Virus record (IMG/VR): IMGVR_UViG_3300036845_000721
Coordinates: 67,445-131,444 of that record
Strand: one strand, 5' to 3'
Source of the DNA: a virus
DNA length: 64,000 nucleotides
In this document: one piece after another, positions 62,521 through 64,000 of the stretch
Numbering within the stretch: position 1 is the stretch's first letter
Layout of the letters: every line of letters begins with the position of its first letter
The notes under the pieces: model-generated
What the model was told of the DNA's origin: nothing
Databases searched by the model: none
What the model saw: only the letters and a program-made list of their open reading frames with translations
Position numbers and translations under genes: made by a program

Positions 62521-62654
62521 GGGAGGGGCGGCAGGCAAGGGTACCCGGATTTCGGATCTGCCTGCCGCCCCGGTGCCAGGTCCGCTGCATGGACCAGGAG
62601 GGATTTCGCCCTCTGCTTATCCCTATCCATCTTTCGCAGATCTGGTGCGGCCTG

Positions 62655-63308
62655 TCAGTACCGTGCGTACCAGCTGAACTCCTGCCTTATCAGGGCCGCG
62701 TACGGTTCCACGGTGGCGATAACTCCGTTGCTGGGCACGCCCGTCAGGATGATGACGCCGACCGCGCCGGCGTTGGTCGCGTCCTCGGTATCGCGGACGT
62801 TGACGTAATGGAAGTCGCCGTCCATGACCCACAGCTGGTTGAGCGCGGTCGTGATGCAGCCGTAGCCGCCCACGTTGCCGCTTTCCGTTGACGTATTGAA
62901 GCCGCCGTACGCGCAGTAGTTGCTGAGCACGTTGTAGGGCGACGCGACCAGCATGACGACCCAGGAGCCGAGGTACAGGCTGTCCCACGACCGCGAGTTA
63001 CCCGGGCCTTTCAGGGTGGAGGGCCACGGCCAGCTGTTGGTCACGTAGCCGATCCGGACCGCGGACCAGTCGTTATTCGGCTCGCCTATCGGTTCGCGCT
63101 GCCACATCTGCATGTTGGCGTTGTTCGCGCGTGTCCCGTCGGTGTCATTGAGGCAGTAGCCGACGTAGCTCGGCACGATGCACAGGTTGGACTGGTGGAC
63201 GACGGTCCCGGGCGGGGCTGCCGGGGCCGCTGTCTGCGCCTGGGCGGGGAGAGCGAATCCGGCCGCGATTGCCGCTGCCGCCAGGGGCAGGCTCAATACA
63301 CGGAGCAT
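62655..63308 (-). CDS. Secreted protein, possibly ricin-B/beta-trefoil lectin-like
   Basis: Signal peptide ending AQA; YCL.D......QMW...N..W and GC.....NQLW motifs; AGGAGAC RBS gives start 63308. Confidence 0.55.
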   Translation of the reverse strand: MLRVLSLPLAAAAIAAGFALPAQAQTAAPAAPPGTVVHQSNLCIVPSYVGYCLNDTDGTRANNANMQMWQREPIGEPNNDWSAVRIGYVTNSWPWPSTLKGPGNSRSWDSLYLGSWVVMLVASPYNVLSNYCAYGGFNTSTESGNVGGYGCITTALNQLWVMDGDFHYVNVRDTEDATNAGAVGVIILTGVPSNGVIATVEPYAALIRQEFSWYARY

Positions 63309-63397
63309 TCTCACTGCTGGTCTCCTAGCTAGTGCCGGTGAGTCTTCGTGCACTCACCGTACATCGCCGGATACTCAGCGTACATAGACGGATTGCG

Positions 63398-63472
63398 TGG
63401 TCCTGACGGGCTTTGAACCCGTGTCGCCGGCTTGAGAGGCCGGTGTCCTGAGCCTGACTAGACGACAGGACC
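63398..63472 (-). tRNA. tRNA-Glu(CTC)
   Basis: Cloverleaf, CT CTC AA loop. Confidence 0.92.
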
Positions 63473-63504
63473 ATCGTGAATACGTCACCTGACGTATGTT
63501 TCGG

Positions 63505-63578
63505 TGCGCCAGGCAGGGCTCGAACCCGCGACCCGCGGCTTAGAAGGCCGCCGCTCTGTCCAGCTGAGCTACTGGCGC
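63505..63578 (-). tRNA. tRNA-Arg(TCT)
   Basis: Cloverleaf, CT TCT AA loop. Confidence 0.92.
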
Positions 63579-63658
63579 CGGATTTATGTTGACTTACCGT
63601 AATTGCCCGTTTACATTCTGTCATATGGGCTGCGTTCTGTAACCGGAAGGATCACGCT

Positions 63659-63808
63659 ATGTCACCGAAGACCTGGCTCGCCGCCGTAGTCATCTCGGCC
63701 GCCACCCTCCTGAGCGGTTCCGCAGCCGTCGCCGTCGCATCGGCCGCTCCCGCCACGGTCGCTGCCGCCCCGGCCCACCACATCGCGCCGAACGACACCT
63801 GGACCTGA
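63659..63808 (+). CDS. 49-aa secreted peptide (signal sequence plus short tail ending HHIAPNDTWT)
   Basis: Translated by hand; GAAGGA RBS; upstream AT-richer promoter-like stretch. Confidence 0.55.
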   Translation: MSPKTWLAAVVISAATLLSGSAAVAVASAAPATVAAAPAHHIAPNDTWT

Positions 63809-63815
63809 ACCTGCG

Positions 63816-63888
63816 TGGGCCGCCAGGGACTCGAACCCTGAACACGAAGATTAAAAGTCAGCTGCTCTGCCTATTGAGCTAGCGGCCC
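63816..63888 (-). tRNA. tRNA-Lys(TTT) with a mismatched anticodon stem
   Basis: Cloverleaf; GCTGA-CT TTT AA-TCTTC gives two central mismatches. Confidence 0.8.
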
Positions 63889-63939
63889 GGGATGCGTATC
63901 TCCCGGACCCGTTTCGCGGTCGTGATCATGACTGCCTCC

Positions 63940-64000
63940 TGGTCGGCCGGCCGGGGGTTGAACCCGGAACCTGCGGTTTATAAGGCCGCTGCTCTCACCT
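63940..64000 (-). tRNA. tRNA-Ile(TAT), 5' end beyond the window
   Basis: CT TAT AA loop, T arm CCGGG-TTCAACC-CCCGG, encoded CCA. Confidence 0.75.

Noticed and set aside
60007-62630. Short ORFs over the tRNA and Y RNA genes (e.g. 60007..60369, 61814..62272, 62384..62590)
   Set aside because: They are translations of structured RNA genes.
1-64000. Integrase, att sites, DNA polymerase, tail and lysis genes
   Set aside because: Looked for by eye and not recognised. Absence from this window does not show absence from the genome, so lifestyle and virion morphology are left open.

Overview
The window looks like one 64 kb segment of a very GC-rich, large, probably actinobacterial phage or phage-like element. 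It has five parts. (1) 1-14.8 kb: about 35 short leftward hypothetical genes, most preceded by an extended RBS motif (GATCAGGAGA) and one of two palindromic operators (GAGTGCA-N4-TGCACTC x11; YTCCG-N6-CGGAR x9, one of them at 56 kb). (2) 14.8-16.35 kb: a non-coding strand-switch region with a 17-bp tandem array and other repeats, followed by an HNH gene flanked by a 40-bp duplication. (3) 18.8-29.6 kb: a Streptomyces/AICE-type transfer module (DUF2637-like membrane protein, TraB/FtsK translocase, small membrane proteins, HNH, Xis-like HTH, XRE regulator), followed by a C5 DNA methyltransferase. (4) 33-54 kb: a dispersed HK97-type head module (TerS-like, TerL, portal, protease, capsid) interleaved with NADAR, DinB, DUF1643 and CPBP genes. 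It is followed by acidic Pro/Gly-rich proteins and a glycosyltransferase/methyltransferase cluster; no tail genes are recognisable in the window. (5) 58-64 kb: a Ro60/TROVE (Rsr) gene directly downstream of five tandem Y-RNA-like ncRNAs with different tRNA-derived inserts, continuous with a cluster of 16 tRNA genes (one truncated by the window end) plus an orphan tRNA-like RNA. The Ro60 plus five-Y-RNA array is the most striking system. All assignments come from reading the sequence by eye; no database searches were run.
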